64,000 nt of DNA. Origin: Felis catus (Eukaryota). Both the position numbers and the translations under genes were made by a program. The notes beneath the pieces are model-generated. The model saw only the letters and a program-made list of their open reading frames with translations, had not been told where the DNA came from and searched no databases. This document shows, in pieces, positions 62,581 to 64,000 of this stretch; within the stretch, counting starts at the first letter, position 1, and the number at the start of each line of letters is the position of its first letter. The stretch covers positions 7,688,001 to 7,752,000 of the forward strand of contig NC_058369.1 in the NCBI RefSeq assembly GCF_018350175.1. The letters run 5' to 3'.

Positions 62581-62620
62581 GATGAACCCGATTTGTCCTG
62601 ACTTCCATCTTTTGTTCTAG

Positions 62621-62878
62621 GACTTGGAGGGGCCCAAACATCAGTGCACCCCCTAGAAGCCATCATACCCCGAGGCGGCTCTGTGCAGGTGAACTGTAGT
62701 ACTTCTTGTGACCATCGCCCCTTCTTGGGCCTGGAGACGCAGCTGACTAAGAAGGAGGTCGCTCAGGGGGACAACTGGAAGATGTTTGAACTGACTGGTG
62801 TGCAGGAAGATAGCACCCCAATATGCTTCTCATCCTGTCAAGCACAGACAATGGTTTCGATGTCTCTCACCGTGTACT
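62621..62878 (+). CDS. ICAM1: ICAM1 exon 2 (Ig-like domain 1); gene continues beyond the right edge
   Basis: [45 protein letters not shown]...[18 protein letters not shown]; four D1 cysteines and the GLET integrin-binding motif; ttctag acceptor, T|gtgagt donor. Confidence 0.97.
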
Positions 62879-63195
62879 GTGAGTGGCTGGGACCAGGGGC
62901 TGGACAAGGCAAGCTGGGTGGGGGAGGTGGACGCGTGCGAGTCCCCTCAGGCTGGGACAGCCTTTGTTGCTTGGTGGTGGGGACAGAGCTGGCTCGCCAG
63001 AGCACTGGTGGGCACATCTTCGGAAAGCCTCATTGTCGTTTGAAACCCCTTCTTGAATTTTCTTGGGTGCATTTAGCGTATTGCAGAGATTCAGTACATT
63101 TGAGTACTATAGGCCTCTGGAAACATGTGACAGATCCTAGATATGACTCTTTATTTTATTTTTTTATTATTAAAAAAATTGTTTTAAATCTTAAT

Positions 63196-63199
63196 TTTT

Positions 63200-63249
<50 letters not shown>

Positions 63250-63846
63250 AAGAGCAGGGGAGGAACAGAGAGAGAGGGAGACATAGAATCCAAAGCAGGC
63301 TCCAGGCTCTGAGTTGTCAGTACAGAGCCCAACACAGGGCTCGAACTCCCCAACCGCGAGCTCATGACCTGAGCCAAAGTTGGACACTTAACCGACCGAG
63401 CCACCCAGGCGCCCCTAGATATGACTTTTTAAAAGATGTAGTTTAGGGGCGCCTGGATGGCACGGTCGGTTGAACATCTGACTCCTGATTTTGGCTCAGG
63501 TCAGGATCTCACTGTTCGTGGGTTCAAGCCCTACTTTGGGCTCTGCACCGACAGTGCGGAGTCTGCTTGGGACTGTCTCTCTCCCTCTCTCTCTGCCTCT
63601 CCCCTGCTTATACATGCTCTCTCTGTCTCTCTCTCAAAATAAATAAACATTAACAAAAAAGGAGATGCAGTTTAGGGGCACCTGGGTGACTCAGTGGGTT
63701 AAACGCGTCTGACTTCGGCTCAGGTCATGATCTCACGGTCCGTGAGTTCGAGCCCTGCGTCGGACTCTGCTGACAGCTCAGAGCCTGGAAGCTGCTTCAG
63801 ATTCTGTGTCTTCCTCTCTCTCTGCCCCTCCCCCGCTTGTGCTCGG

Positions 63847-63887
<41 letters not shown>

Positions 63888-63912
63888 CTCTCAAAAATAA
63901 ATAAACATTTAA
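63196..63912. mobile_element. Three Can-SINEs in ICAM1 intron 2 (- ~63196-63416; + ~63446-63655; + ~63676-63912)
   Basis: SINE heads, tails and TSDs visible. Confidence 0.9.
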
Positions 63913-64000
63913 AACAAAATGTTAAAGAAGATGCAATTTAAAAGTAGCCCGGACATGGCAATTTTCACATATTGGCAGCAGTCAAAAGGGTTGATAACCG

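Noticed and set aside
62879-63201. Continuation of the ICAM1 exon 2 ORF (185 aa in the track)
   Set aside because: Similarity to ICAM1 ends at the GT donor at 62879; the remainder is intron

Overview
Mammalian DNA from a carnivore, almost certainly a felid, judged by the dense Can-SINE/SINEC_Fc-type tRNA-derived SINEs. It is syntenic with the human 19p13.2 block DNMT1-S1PR2-MRPL4-ICAM1. It contains DNMT1 somatic exon 1 and its CpG-island promoter (minus strand; the rest of the gene lies left of the window), the complete S1PR2 gene (minus; non-coding exon 1 plus a single coding exon, 352 aa), the complete 9-exon MRPL4 gene (plus, 294 aa), and the promoter and first two exons of ICAM1 (plus). 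Intergenic and intronic DNA is mostly SINEs, L1/L2/MIR fragments, MaLR LTRs and hAT MITEs, with six assembly gaps. I see no novel multi-gene system. The best leads are regulatory: a candidate in-frame poison exon and a second E2F/CHR/ETS/NRF1 module in DNMT1 intron 1, a possible S1PR2-to-DNMT1 shared first exon, a uORF and a diverged TM1 in S1PR2, a MIR4322-like hairpin, a cryptic perfect donor and an L2-borne CTCF motif in MRPL4, and unusual SINE/L1 insertion architectures. All cross-species comparisons are from memory and need confirmation by alignment; repeat boundaries are approximate.
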